Positions 37,085 to 50,995 of a stretch of 64,000 nucleotides of DNA are shown piece after piece. The DNA is from Dipteris shenzhenensis. Its lineage: Eukaryota. Both the position numbers and the translations under genes were made by a program. Location of the stretch: the NCBI GenBank assembly GCA_047967505.1, contig CM106538.1; one strand, given 5' to 3'. Within the stretch, counting starts at the first letter, position 1, and every line of letters starts with the position of its first letter. The notes below the pieces were generated by a model. That model was not told where the DNA came from. It made no database searches and worked only from the letters and a program-made list of their open reading frames with translations.

Positions 37085-40000
37085 AGGTTTTGTCGCCCAC
37101 TATAATGGGAAACGCTCATGGATCTATTGTAAACTCACTATGATCAAGGCAGGTGTCTAGCACCCTGGTGAATGCATCATGCATGATCGCATTAGAGATG
37201 CTGATTCAAGCTCTGCAAAAATTTTCCACAGTGAGAATACAATACGATTTTCCTGTCTAAAAGATTTTGCCTGGGTCGATCACATAGAAATCCTGGGTGA
37301 GTTGAGCAAGGCCTTTGTCACGGCAATCACCATCTTCAGGGCCATAGCAGTTCTGTGCTCGCAAGGGGTTTGGCAAGGAGAGGAGGAGCATCATAAGGCT
37401 ACAAATCCAAGCGCTAGTCATGGGTGGCCCTGTGGAAGCTCTTGGAGGCTACTTAGAAGTGTGCTCTAATTAAGAGTGTGTTGTTTGCTTGAATGGGTGA
37501 GGGCCTTTTCACGAAGAGCGTCTTTGGACATACTCCGTATTGGATTCTTAGTCCACAAGCTCTCATCTTTGTATCACATACATCTTGGAAGCGAGCTCCT
37601 CAAGGCTTTGCGCTCATCAATAATCATTCTGTCATCTATGTATCACATCTCAGAAGCGAGCTCCTCCTGGATGCCTTTGTATTGGATTCTCAACTTTGGC
37701 TCCTCGAGGTTAGAGGATGCCTTTGTATTGGATTCTCAGCCCACAAGATTTTGCCTATGTGTTCACCGAGCTCCTCATGTCCTCATCGATAATAGTCTTT
37801 TCACCACCAAGCACATCAATAATAGTGTTTATTAGCTCCCCTTGGTTGTGTTTTTTCCACCAACTTCTAGGTAATAGTGTTATTAGAACCCCTCCTTAGA
37901 GTGGTGAAATGTTTTTTTTTCCTCTTCACCACCAAGGTAGTAGGGAAGCATCTCGAACATGGGCAGCCAACTCAAGTGGGCGAACACCCAACCCCCTGAG
38001 CTGTGCCGCTCAACACATAGTAGAGAAAAGTTGGCTCCTGTGTGAGTTTTTCAGTTAACTTGTGCCAAGTGTGGGGAGCCACATGCGGCAGGGGTTGAGG
38101 ACCGTCGACTGGGGGGGGGGATTAGATGGTGGAGGGGAGGTGAGGGGCCACATCTCAAGGCTGCAAGTTGGTTGATCTCTGTGTCATTGAAGCTCTTTTT
38201 GCAACTTTTGAAGCTTCTCTCTTCTTCTTTTCTGGTTTTCTTCATCCCTTTCTTGCTCTATCAAGGTCATCGACGATCGATGGAAGACCAGTCTACACAA
38301 TCCAATGAAAACCAATTTCAAAATCAATTGATCTTGAAAAGAAAATTGAAAAACTCAAAAAATACATTAAACACACACACATTCAATAAAGTGAAAAAAC
38401 AACCTCTAATCAAATTTTCAATGGACAACTAGTCACCACCTTGATTGGGGAAATTTATGGAGGTGACATGTAGTTTGCATGGTCTATGGCACCACGTGCA
38501 CCATTGATTATCATGGTGCAAATTCCAAGGCAGTGTGTTGCACCATGTAGGATAAAAAATGTGATTGGTATTTATGACTTTGACTTTGCAAAGCTTTCCT
38601 TCTTTCATTAAGGCCAGAAGTCCTTATGCACTCCCATTTTCCCTTGCATTTTGGTTCATCATCTTCAGTATCTTTGCTCTTCTGTCACTGCCACCAATAG
38701 CTTTTGTCTTGATCGCCATAGCAAACCCTGTCTCTTTTGACTCCGCTTTTGAGAAACCTGACTTGCAATTAGATGTCTAGCCAATGGCACCATCAAGCCT
38801 TAGACAACAAATCTTGTTTCCTCAAGCAAAATCACCTTTATAAGTTTGGAAAACTACCATGGATGGAAGTCTGGGATGCCAATATCGCAAATGACGTAAT
38901 GGTTGGATAGCTATAGTGTAGTGGATCATAGCTTAAATTTTGATGGTTGGTATGTTCTCTTGATGTGAGAGTTGTATCAAGCTATTTATGTTCTTCCCCT
39001 AGGTCTCAAAAGTCTACCACTCCCTAGCAATGAGCATTGCAACAACTTCTTCTAGTAAGGTAGCTACTCTTCTTCTTAAGGGTTTCTAATAAGTAAGACA
39101 ATAGACATAAAGCTACAACCATTTTTTAAATTTCTTTTTGAGTTTATTAAGTTAAATAAAAACCTTGGAAACATTCCCTAGTCATATGTTGCCTTGGCTA
39201 TAGCAAGGAGGGAAGATAATTAGTAGGTGGATTGGTTGGGTGTGTTCATGAAAAGTTTTGATGCACAGCTATAGCATGCTGCCCAAAGGTCAAGCCCATT
39301 GCAAGCTTGGATCTCACTTGTGGATGCTACACTATTGACTCACCTTTGGACAAATTCCATGGCATGCACTTTTGACTTGAGCCCTTTCTTGCTTGCCCTT
39401 GCTGCCTGTACCTATTCTTCAAATAGCCTTGACTTGAGAAGGGTCTGTTGCTTTGTCTCCCTATCCTTAACTTGTTCCCCAATCTACTACTATTTCCAAA
39501 TCACAATCTCCTCTTCTTAACCCATCACTGTGGAAACATTAATTTACAAAGAACCACTCTCCAGCCATCCAAACCGAAGCCCTGAGCTGATAAGTCCTTC
39601 CCCGTCCCATACTCCTTCCCACGATCTAATAGAATACCTACATGAAAAAGTCTAGGGCATCCAAGCATGGTGACAAAGAGTCGATTGCCACCATTGGGTA
39701 GCAAGACAAGAATGAAGAGCACATTGCATTTCTTAGCAACATGGTGAGGAGTGCATGATCTCAAAATACAATGTGGAGGAACAGGCTACATCCAAGAAGC
39801 TATAACTTAAGAAGGTGGGATTCCTCCCACAGGTTTTCAAGAGGACCCTAGCAAACAACTTGCATGTGGAGAGTCCTCATTACCTAAGCCTCAAACCGAG
39901 TAACCCCCTCTTGAAGTAGCTCTAATCCCACCAGCTAGTGCTCCAAATTGTGTGGCAGTCCCAGATGTATTTTTCTTTAATGAAGCATGGTTGCCTCTTG

Positions 40001-42649
40001 TAGAGCTAGACATTAAAAAATGCACACTACACACTATAAGACAAAGGAGGCATGGCCCTTCATGTCCTACACCATGTAGTGAAGCACTGGGTGCCCTCAG
40101 ATAGATGCTAAGAGTGCCTACTAACAATATTCGTCCTAGGATATTGCAAATCAAGCAACCTTGAATTAGATACAAGTGTAGCATGATTCATTGAAGGTGG
40201 CATTCACATCACTCACAAAGAGCAATGAGAAATTATAGGCAGCTCGCACATAGCTTTGGTTATCCAGCTTTAGGAAAATCAAGTGTCTATAAGGACTTCA
40301 GACATGGAGCTTGCTTAAGTTTGCAAAGTTGAGTGCACAACGGCAAAGTATCATGGAAGCCTCCATTATAGTAAAAGCTTTGGCCTCCATGGACGAACTT
40401 GCTTGGTTGCAGGTCGATAATGTAAGGTTGATGCACGACTAGTTGTGAACTTTAGAACAGATTGAAAGGTTGATGCGAACACGCTCGGCTCTTGATGAAA
40501 CCCAAGAGACCACACCAATGTTTTTCTAATGGCAAGGACGACCTATCTAGCCAAGGAATCCCCGGCCTATCTCACAGAAACCTTCTAATGTTTACTCATC
40601 GGCAACATCAACCAAGACAATCGGACCAAAGACTGCGACCTCCAAAGGCACCAAACAACCCCCACGCTATTGATGTAGTAGTTTGAGCCTTGCCTCTCCT
40701 AGGTTGTGCTTGGCCTAACCCATTTAGAATCTCCGACAGAGTCTTTGTTACTTGGTTGGCCCCATCCTCTTTTTCCATTCATCGAGCCTCTATCTTTTGC
40801 TTCTAAGATTTTGCCCATGTCCTTTTTTGTTCCAACCAAGACTCCGTGCACCGTTCCTGGCAAAAAAGACTTTGACAAAGCGTCCTATCCCACAAAATCA
40901 GTGTGCTCGTCAATGACAAAGCCGCATTTTCAGTAACTTCCCTCCTAAAAAAGTTGCTCCATGAGCACTTTCTCAGCTACCGACCACCGATCATTTTTTC
41001 AATGGTTTCTTGATTAAAAAATGTGATCGAAGCACTTTCTTGGCTGTTAAGAGCTGGAAGGAGATGGTTTGACATGCGGGCATGACTAATGTGGTGGTGG
41101 TAGCTGACATGGCAGTGATGTGTGTGACACGTGTGACACATGGTTGATGAGACACCACTAAGCAAACGTGTAGACCAAGAACATGTAGAAAAAGAAGATG
41201 CAAACATCATTAATCATCATTAAGGCCAGACATTTGATGTGGACTCTGATGAGGTGCGCAAGCACTAGCCACTATAACTAGGCAACCTTGGCCTAGTAAC
41301 GCTTTACTTATCTACCATTGAAGACCTCAGGAAGAGCTTGTCCCTGCAAATCAAACAATTTTTCTCTTGTTGTGAAACACTTCAATTAGCCTATATGGTC
41401 CATTCCAACCAAGATTTAGATTAGGCTTGAGAGGACCTAGTTTGGTATTATATAGTAGGATTAGCATGCCTTTTTTCCAGTGCTTTGGTATTATATAGTA
41501 GGATTAGCTTGGTATTATACAAGAGTCAGGGATTTAGAATTTCTCATTGCATGATCAAGAGGCATATAGTTGGAGAAAGTATATGAATTTGAATATAACG
41601 TTGCATTTTAATGTTCCCATAAGAATTATGATTTCAAAAGTGCAATGTCTCGATATTTGTTTGCAATAAAAGAGTAAATGTCACACTACATCTGTTTGAA
41701 AGAATTTATATTCAACATGATCTTTACATTACAACCAAAAAGTCAATACACTACTTGAAGATCTCAATAGAATGTTTCTAAAAGAACATGCTTGCTTGCA
41801 TGCTTGGTGTCGCATTTTGGCTTTCTATAGTGCCTTGGGTGCTAGGTGGTGCATCTTGACGACCCGAATTAATCAATGAAACAACATTGAATGAGCCAAA
41901 TGGCTCGTCCATGTCTATATCTCCAAAAAATGCCTGTATCTTGCGAGCTAAGCTTCCAACCTTTAGGTGTCCACTTGCAAGGTCCCTATCTCTTTGTCAT
42001 GGGATATAATTCAAGCCTATAGATATTTTGTGGTGATACCCTATTGATGGAGAGGTAGGCTGACTGTGGCTAGGTCAAACAAACCATTATGTGACAGTGG
42101 AGCTAGCACATAAGGTTTCTGCGACACTCCCTCTCTTTTTTTAAGATCTTTCCCTCTTTTGCTCAGCTGGTCGCACCTTTCCTATTCCTCACAAATGGTG
42201 TTTATCCATCCAATTGACACATCAGCCCAATATGTCATGTACATACACCTACTGAATAAAGTGTATGGGGATTGGCTAATTGTTGTGCATGTTTCCTTCT
42301 ACCTCAATAAAGCACTACAATAGAATGTGGGCCAGGGTTTTGTGTCTCAAGCCTGCAAGCTTCGGTTGTGCATACCCTTTGTGTGCATTTTGAATCAAAG
42401 AAATAACGTGTTTCTTATGAACTCAGATGGGCAAATCTTGGCCATGCCCTGACGGCTAAGTGGCTCCCCTGTCATGGTGTTGTCATCTACAAGTCCCACT
42501 GTCAACCATCCAAGAGACTCCTTTCCACCAAGAAGCTCTCTCTACTCAATGAGGATCGCTTGTGCCTCTGCATGATTTTAGCTAGTAATCTAACTCTGCC
42601 TCTTGAAGTACAAAAGCATGTTTGGCATGTCCTCAGCGGGCTGTTCATT

Positions 42650-42980
42650 CTTGTGTGTTCCAAAACACCAAAAATGCATTAGATGAGTAGATCCTTTGCA
42701 CCTATAGCTTATATGATTGGATAGTCATGAAACGATCGGCCAAGGGTTCACATAAGCTGCCTAGGAGCAAGAGAGGTGATATCTTGCATGAATGGAAGGG
42801 TTGCATCTTGAATTTTAAGAATAGTAAGAAAGGATGGGAATTTTAAGAATAGTAAGAAAGGATGGCTTGCAAAAGTGCAACACATGTACATGGGAAAAGA
42901 CATGTACTCGCCTACATCACTCAATCAATTAGGATACCATCACAATGTAAGTCTCTCTATTTAAGTGCTTTTATTACTTG
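42650..42980 (+). repeat. Dispersed repeat, copy 2, with an internal 28-bp tandem insertion
   Basis: Matches 16520-16805; contains aattttaagaatagtaagaaaggatgg twice. Confidence 0.85.
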
Positions 42981-42989
42981 CAAACACAT

Positions 42990-45900
42990 TGCATACAGAG
43001 ATCACAGAGACGCCACCTCCCACCACAGTGAGAGACGACTCCATAGATGCAAATACGAGACATCTTTGTATCTCATCAAAGAGCCATCGTGGCGCCTGGA
43101 TATGTAGTTGGAACTCGAGCTTTGCATGTTTGAGTTTTGAGATGACTAGCCAAGAAAGAAAGAAAGAAAGAAAGTTTATTAAAGTCTTCGGAAGACCGAT
43201 GGGTCTATGAGACTGTGAAAAACCTGGTACAAACGAGAGTGGGGTTAGCACACCTTGGTACACATGCATATCCAGATAGTTTGATAGGGTATTCAGATGG
43301 ATTGCCTTCCCCCCCTTTAGTACAACTTGGATGCCCTAAATCTGCAAATGCCTTGGGTGGGAACCAAGAGTTTCCCACCGAGATCGAGTGCTACCATGAT
43401 CACTTCCAAAGAGTATTAGGGGATGGAGTGATTATTGGCCCCAGTATCTAGAGGACAGACAAGTCTCACACACCCTGAGGATTTCCATCGGACAAGTGCG
43501 GGTCTCGTCCTACTGGCTGAAGATCTAGGCAAGGAGAGCCACAGCCATACCTAGAGAGCAACAGATCTACAAGCTATGCACATTCGCAGAGGTGGAAAAA
43601 GAGGAGCGCTTCCTATGTACTTGCCCCCGTCTACTATGAGATCCGACCACTATCTCTTTCAAGAGGGACACGGGTTCAAGCCACTCTCTTGACTGATCCA
43701 CATCCATGAAGAGATGCAACAACATAGAGAGCCCTTACTGCCAGACAGTGGGAGGTGATAGTACCATAGGAGAGAGGTCGAGCATGGCAACACATCACCG
43801 ACATCTATGCCTTAGAGTCAACCCTAAGAACTATTGGGGTAGAGAAAAAGGAGATAGCCAACATGATGGCACCAAGGATCAGCAAGAAGAGACAATGCAG
43901 AATGGTGGAGCTAGAGACAGAGATGCTGACCAGAGCACGCACCATAGAGATCCATCCCATCACAGTCTACTCAAAGGAGACCATCGACGTTGACATGTCA
44001 CTCTTGATATGGCCCACCAAATACAAAGATCATAGAGACCACGCACTCCACCACAGTGAGATGGCTCAAGAGACGCAGATACAAGACATCTCATGTCTCA
44101 TTGGAGAGCCATATGTATTTGAAGCACTAGCTTTAAATGTCTTAGTTTTAAGACGACTAGCCAAGAGAAGGGTTAGCACATCCTTGAAAGCAGGCATATC
44201 TAGATGGTTTGATAGCCAGGGTATTTAGATGGGCGGCATCCCCCCCTTTCGGTACAGCTTGGATGCCCTGTCTCTCAAGATCCCACGAGAGGAGAACAAC
44301 CATAGCATAAAGTTGGATCTACGCCAGCTCTACAAATACAGACTTGGGGTGGGAACCGAAAATTCCCCAACAACCATGGTCACTACCTGTGTTCGCCTCT
44401 TTTTGAGGGATGTGGTGACACAGACAAACCTTGTTGCAGCAGATCAAACAACAAGAGGTGATAGTACCACAGGAGACAGATCGAGCACAATGATATTTCA
44501 CTGATTTTTATGCCTTTGAGTCCGCGCCAAGATACATTGCGGTAGAGGAGCAAGACGGCAACATAAATCAACGGGAAGAGACGGCATGTGAAGCCACCGA
44601 CACACAGGCTGGCTAGAGCACGCTCAATAGAGGTCTAGCCCATCGCTGCTCTAATCAAAGGAGATCCTTTGAGCCGCGGTGTCACTCTTGATTCAGCCCA
44701 CCGGATGCAGAGATCACATAGACCACGCCCCCCGCCACATAGCGAGACTGTTCGACAAATGCAAATACATAACATCTTTCCGTGTCATAGGAGAGCCACC
44801 ATAGCACCAGGATATGTATTTGGAGCATTACCTTTGCATGTCTAAGTTTTGAGACGACTAACCAAAAGTGGCGTTAGCACAGCCTCGTGTGCACGCATAT
44901 CCAAATAATTTAATAGTCAGGGTATTCTCATGGACTGCCTTTCAAGCTTTCGGTACAGCTTGGATGCCCTGTCTCTCGAAATCCCACTAGAGAAGATCAA
45001 CCGTATCATAGGGTTGGATCTACTCCAGCACTATACAATACGAACTTGGGGTGGGAACCAAGAGTTCCCCCCCAAGATCCAGTTCTACCATGGTCACTTC
45101 CTGAGAGGATTATCAGGCCCCAGATCTAGAGGATAGATGGGTTTCACACGCACTGAGGATTGCCGTCGGGGACAGATGCGAGTCTTGTCCCATCAACTGA
45201 GTATCGAGGCAGAGAGCCACATGCACAACTAGAGAGCAGCGGATCTACAGGCTATGCACATTAACACAAGTGGAGACAAAGGCGCACCTTCTATATACTT
45301 GCCCCGCCTACTATGAGATCCGAGGATAGTACTACCTTCTCTTTCAGGAGGGATACGGGTTCCAGGGGCCACTCTCTCGGATGATCCACTTCCATGACCA
45401 AGTCCGCATTGGACTCTTTTTGATGGAGATGCGGCCACACACAGAGACCTTATTGCAACAGATCAGACAACAGGAAGCAACAGTACCACAGGAGACAGAC
45501 AGAGCACAGCTACACGTCACCGACTTCTATGCCTTCTAGTCAGCCCCGACACATTGGGGTAGAGGAGGAGGAGATAGCCAACATGAGGGCACCATTGATC
45601 AACAGGAAGAGATGGAATAGAGTAATGGAGTGAGCAAAACAAAGGTTGACCACAACTTGCACTATAGAGGTCTAGTCCATCACTATTCTACTCGGAGGAG
45701 ACCATCTAAACCAAGGTGTCACTCTTTATATGGCCCACTGAATACGGAGATCACGGAGACCATGCCCCCTGCCACAAATAGAGATGGCTCGACAAACGCA
45801 AATAGTACCACAAGAGACAGATAGAGCACAGCTACACGTCATCAACTTCTATGCCTTCTAGTCAGCCCCGACACATTGGGATAGAGGAGGAGGAGATAGC

Positions 45901-46930
45901 CGACATGAGGGCACAATGAATCGATAGGAAGAGATGGCACGGAGCGAGGGAGCGAGCGACACAAAGGCTGACCATAGCTTGCACTATAGAGGTCTAGTCC
46001 ATCACTATTCTAATTAGATGAGACCGTCCGAACCAAGGTGTCATTCTTCATATGGCCCACCAGATACGGAGATCACGGAGGCCATGCCCCCTGCCACAGA
46101 TAGAGATGGCTTGACAAACGCAATCTTTGCATCTCATTAGAGAGCCACCATAGCCCTTGGATGTGTATTCGGAGCACTACCTTTGCATGTCTGAGTTTTG
46201 AGACGACTAAGCGTGAGTCAAGTTAGCACACATCCTGGTACACACTCATATCCAGATGGTTTGACATCAGGATATTCAGATGGACCGCCTTCTCCCCTTT
46301 CAAGATGCTCTGTCTCTCTAGATCCCACGAGAGGAGATCAACTGTAGCAAACGATTACATCTACTCCATCTATATAAATCACAGACTCCAGGTGGGAACC
46401 ACGAGTTCCCCATCAAGCCCCAGTATCTAGAGGACAGACGGTCTCAGACGCACTGAAATTGCCATCGGACACATGTGCGTCTCGCCTCATCAACTGACAA
46501 TTGACGTAGGGAGAGCACAGGCACACATACAGAGCATCGGATCTACAAGCTATGCACTTGGTAAGGTGGAGACAGTGGAGCACTTCCTATGTACTTGCCC
46601 TACCTACTATGAGATGCAAGGACGGCACCACTGCCTCTTTCAAGAGGGACACAGGTTAGGGACACTCTCCCAGCTGATCCACTTCCAAGACAAGGTTTGC
46701 ATTGAGGTCCAGCCCATCACTACTCTACTCAACGGAGAGCATATGAGCCAAGGTGTCATTTTGATATGGCCAACCGAATATAGTGATCACGCAAACCACA
46801 CCCCACACCAGAGCGAGAGATGGCTCGCCATATGCCAATATGAGACATCTTTGTGTCTCATCAGAGAGCCACCATGGCACCCGGATATGTATTTGGAGCA
46901 CTAGCTTTGCATGTCTGAGTTTTGCGATTA
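42990..46930 (+). mobile_element. Array of rearranged LINE ORF2 3'-end fragments
   Basis: Three copies of the C-terminal Cys/His region (VSPHQL..GR, ETVEHFLCTCPTYYEM.GRHHCLF) at about 43490, 45170 and 46470; four copies of WFDSQGI..PPFRYSLDA; ~321-bp tandem pair at 45481-46122. Confidence 0.75.
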
Positions 46931-47115
46931 TTAGCTTAGTACTCAATAAGCACCTTAATGAGCCCTTTGCTTGAGCCAACAATGGCCTGTGTGAATTCCT
47001 TTATTTGATTGTACTTTGTCTCATAGGCCCGTGAGGCCTCCCAAAGTCGTTAATACAACTTTCTTTTTTGTTTTCTCCTTTGATACATGTTTTCGCTTCA
47101 ACGATGTTTCGGTCT

Positions 47116-47450
47116 ATATACCTAGATGAATCCAGGAATATTCCCAAACTCATCCTCTAAAAACACAACATAGTGCAGTTTCAATCTCACGATAGTCACT
47201 CATAAGATTGAAAACCATGAACTCCATCACGCATAGCAGGAACTAGCTACTATGACATCCCCACTGACGTCACCAGCGCCCAATAGTGGGTGTAGACCAT
47301 CGTATAAAAATATGCTCTCACACATACAAATCCACACACCCACACATACTTGAGCATCCATTTATACAAAGTCTTCGTATTGAGTTTCTGTCAGCACTCC
47401 GGAGGTGAAGGGCAGACTCGGCCATGACGAAGGCTAGCACTAAAGGAGAA
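47116..47450 (-). repeat. ~330-bp repeat unit, copy 1 (downstream of the gene)
   Basis: atacctagatgaatccagg...gcactaaaggagaa; closely similar to the intronic copies. Confidence 0.9.
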
Positions 47451-48160
47451 ATAAAACAAAACAACCCCCATAAGATGAAGCTGACAGACGGACTGACACG
47501 TACTCTCTCTCTCTCTCTCTCTCTCTCTCCCTTTGATACATGTTTTTGAATCAACGATGTTTTGAAAAACAACTCCCATAAGGTGAAGCAAAGACATAGA
47601 AGGAACCATAGTCTTTGCGCTATAGATACAGGTCTTAGGGACTTCAAAACAAATACAGTTTGGACACCTTTGCAGCATAAGCTACTGTTGAACCAGGACA
47701 TGCACATGCTTTACCACACCAAAAATAAGGACAAAAACTTATGAGTACATGGCCGAGTAAACAGAGGAATGGGTGCATCCCTGTTATTGGACCACAGTCA
47801 TGAAACAGCTTTCTCTCAACAGATCTCAAGCATTGACATTTGTAGCAAGACCCAAACACCACCATAACTCACTCCCCCCCCCCCCCGGGCCCACAAATTG
47901 ATATACTACTACTATCTCGATAAAAAGAATAGCACAAACTCCATTCAGAGCTATTTCCTTCATTCAAATTGCTTGCTGATAGTGAACATATAGATAAACT
48001 TAACTTCGATTTTACAAATCTTATAAGAAAGTGATGTACTTCATAAATCTTCAATTTGTTTCTTCTTTTTTTAAAGCACCTCTTTTAGCAACTCAGCAAC
48101 AGCAGTAATATCTCAACCCACCCTATGACTATTAAAGGAGAAATGGCAGGACCGTATGTA

Positions 48161-48734
48161 TCAAAACTGAAAGAAGCCACTCTGGAATCGCTCATCATAA
48201 AGCTGCCAATGGCCATACCTTGTGTTACTAAGTTGATTTATAATGGGTGGTCTAGCCTGCAGAAACACTCTCAAGTTTTTGAGCTTTTCCTCAGCCTCAT
48301 CTAAAGCTCTCCTCGTCAAATTGGAACATCCAATCAAATCCAGGTGTTCTAAATCGACACAACCATCTGCTATCGATGCCAACCCCTGATCTGATAGCTT
48401 TGAGTACCTCAACTCCAAGTGCTTTAAGTTTGGCATCAGCTTTGAAATTACTTTAACCTCTCCATCAGCTGCTGCTGGCAATATATTTTGCGAGTGTCCC
48501 TGAGGTAGCAAGCTCTTTCTTGCAGGATCATATTCTCCAATAAACCTGTTCCTCTTTAAAACAGTCACAAACTTACAATTTAGACCAATCTGTTCCAGTG
48601 AGAACCACGTCAGGTTTTGGCATTCACTCACATCCAGATGCTCCAGATGTGGGCAGGATTTTGCAATTTGACAGGCAGAGAGATCCGTGAGTCCACTAGA
48701 AGATGCCACTGAGATGCTTCGAATAAAAGGACAC
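48161..48734 (-). CDS. SKIP1: F-box/LRR protein SKIP1-like, last coding exon
   Basis: AG acceptor at 48736-48735; LRRs (CPHLEHLDVSEC, LEHLDLIGC); C-terminal RYGHWQLYDERF signature; TGA at 48163-48161. Confidence 0.92.
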
Positions 48735-49231
48735 CTGTATTTTTTCAAAAAGCATCACATTTAATTTTGCTGAACTCAAACTTCTGCTGTTTCCTTCCTT
48801 TTGTAAATATATACGTAAATATGCATGCATGTAGGGATGTACATATGTAAGTATGTATGTATGTAAAAGAGACAGAATAACACTATGCAAATAAAACATG
48901 CAAGTCCTTTAGCTCCTCTCTCAGCAAGAGGTGAGGGATTTAATGATGCAATTAGCAGCCCGAATTCAAGTTCTTGAAGGACCTGGCAAGCAAGCAGTAA
49001 TTGATGAGGTAGTAAAGTCTTGCAAAGCTTCCCCTCCTACCCCTCAGTTAGTCTCTATGATTGAAGATCTAGTTCATACTGGAGTACAAACTATCAAAAA
49101 GTAAATAATTATAGAGTTTGATGCAAACATAAATAAAGCTGACATCCAAGAAGAGATCAATGAGAATGCAGCTCACGTGATAATGCTTTGAAGATCAGAA
49201 TTGGGGGACTCCCTGAAGGAACTTGATATAC

Positions 49232-50211
49232 ATACCTAGATGAATCCAGGAACATTCCCAAACTCATCCTCTATAAAAGTGAAGTTCAATCTCGTGATAG
49301 TCACTCATAAGGTTGAAAACCATAAACTCCATCACGCATAGCAAGGACTAGCTACTATGACATCCCCACTGATGTCATCAGCGCCCAACAGTGGGTGTAT
49401 ACCATAGTATAAAAATATGCTGTCACACATACAAATCCACACACCCACACATACTTGAGCATCCATTTATACAAAGTCTTCGTATTGAGTTTCTTTCGGC
49501 ACTCCAGAGGTGAAGGGCAAACTCAGCCATGATGAAGGCCAGCACTAAAGGAGAAGGCTAATTAAAAAGTAGTCCAAAATCTCTTCATTCAAGCTACAAC
49601 TGCTTGTGAATTCTAAACAATTTCATTTTAGTCTCTCCTAAACAAGCATCTAAATCTAGCCGATAGGGCAACACACCATTTAAGATAGAAAGAATTAACG
49701 CAATATCAGCATGGTTGAATAACTTCACAAGGTGAAATTTGCATGTTTGCTAATAGGGCAGAAGCATATACCTAGATGAATCTAGGAACATTTCCAAACT
49801 CATCCTTTAAAAACACAGCATAGTGTAGTTTCAATCTCATGATAGTCACTCATAAGGTCGAAAACCATCACGCATAGCAGGGACTAGCTACTATGACATC
49901 CCCACTGACGTCATCAGCGCCCAACAGTGGGTGTAGACCATAGTATAAAAATATGCTCTCGCACATACAAATCCACACACCCACACATACTTGGGCATCC
50001 ATTTATACAAAGTCTTCATACTGAGTTTTTGTTGACACTGCAGAGGTGAAGGTGCAGAGGTGAAGGGCAGACTCAGCCATGACGAAGGCTAGCACTAAAG
50101 GAGAAGGCTAATAAAAAAGCAATCACTCGTAAGGTTGAAAACCATAAACTTCATCACGCATAGCAGGGACTAGCTACTATGACATCCCCACTAATGTCAT
50201 CAGTGCCCAAC
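49232..50211 (-). repeat. ~330-bp repeat unit, intronic copies (49232-49555, 49766-50105, partial 50123-50211)
   Basis: Same unit as 47116-47450. Confidence 0.9.
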
Positions 50212-50756
50212 AAACCAATAAGGAGCTCATTGCCATAGAGCTCAAATCCAAGTTCTTGAAGGACCCGGCAAGCAAGCAGTAATCTACAAGGTAATACAGA
50301 CTTGCAAGGATACTATCAATACAAAGGCAAATAAAACTGACATTGAGAATGAGATCAAGGAATATGAAGCCAAACGCAAAAATGCACTGAAGATTAGGAG
50401 GTCTTCCTAAAGCGTGGTTCAAAGAGGAGGATACATACCATGAGACTTAAGGAAAAATCAAAGGCAACAGAATCGGTCAAGGTCAAGGATGCTAGGAAGG
50501 ATAGAAATGGGCAGTATATAGTGAGGGCGTGACCCTCATCAAGGAGTTTAAATCCAAACCAAAAGACCCTCAATCTTAAACTGATGCATTGTTGTTTATT
50601 GTCTTAATTTTCAGTCTATAATGTATGTACCTTATAATAACTTTCAATCTATAATGTATGTACCTTATAATAACTTTATGTACTCCCTGAACGGGTATAT
50701 TAGCTGGGTTTTTTTTTTGTCCCATAGACTTGTTGGTCTCACGTGGACATTAATAG

Positions 50757-50758
50757 AT

Positions 50759-50814
<56 letters not shown>
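50757..50814 (+). repeat. Compound (CT)n(CA)n microsatellite
   Basis: Seen directly. Confidence 0.95.
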
Positions 50815-50816
<2 letters not shown>

Positions 50817-50995
50817 CACCATCCCCCCTCCTAGTTGGGAAAGGAAGGGGAGGGCACACGCTTTCCAATCAATGCAAATGAACCAGGCTTCTTAAAAATG
50901 GCAGATACTTTGAATTATTAATAGCTTTGAGGGACAACAAGAAAGATAAAAGAATTCAAGTACGTTTATGGTCCAGAGCTAATTGGAGCACTAAA

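Noticed and set aside
37900-42640. Possible genes among short ORFs
   Set aside because: No recognisable domains or coherent exon structure; probably old TE debris.
48735-48748. Start of the 195-aa ORF at 48748
   Set aside because: Non-ATG start inside the intron; the exon begins at the AG acceptor (48734).
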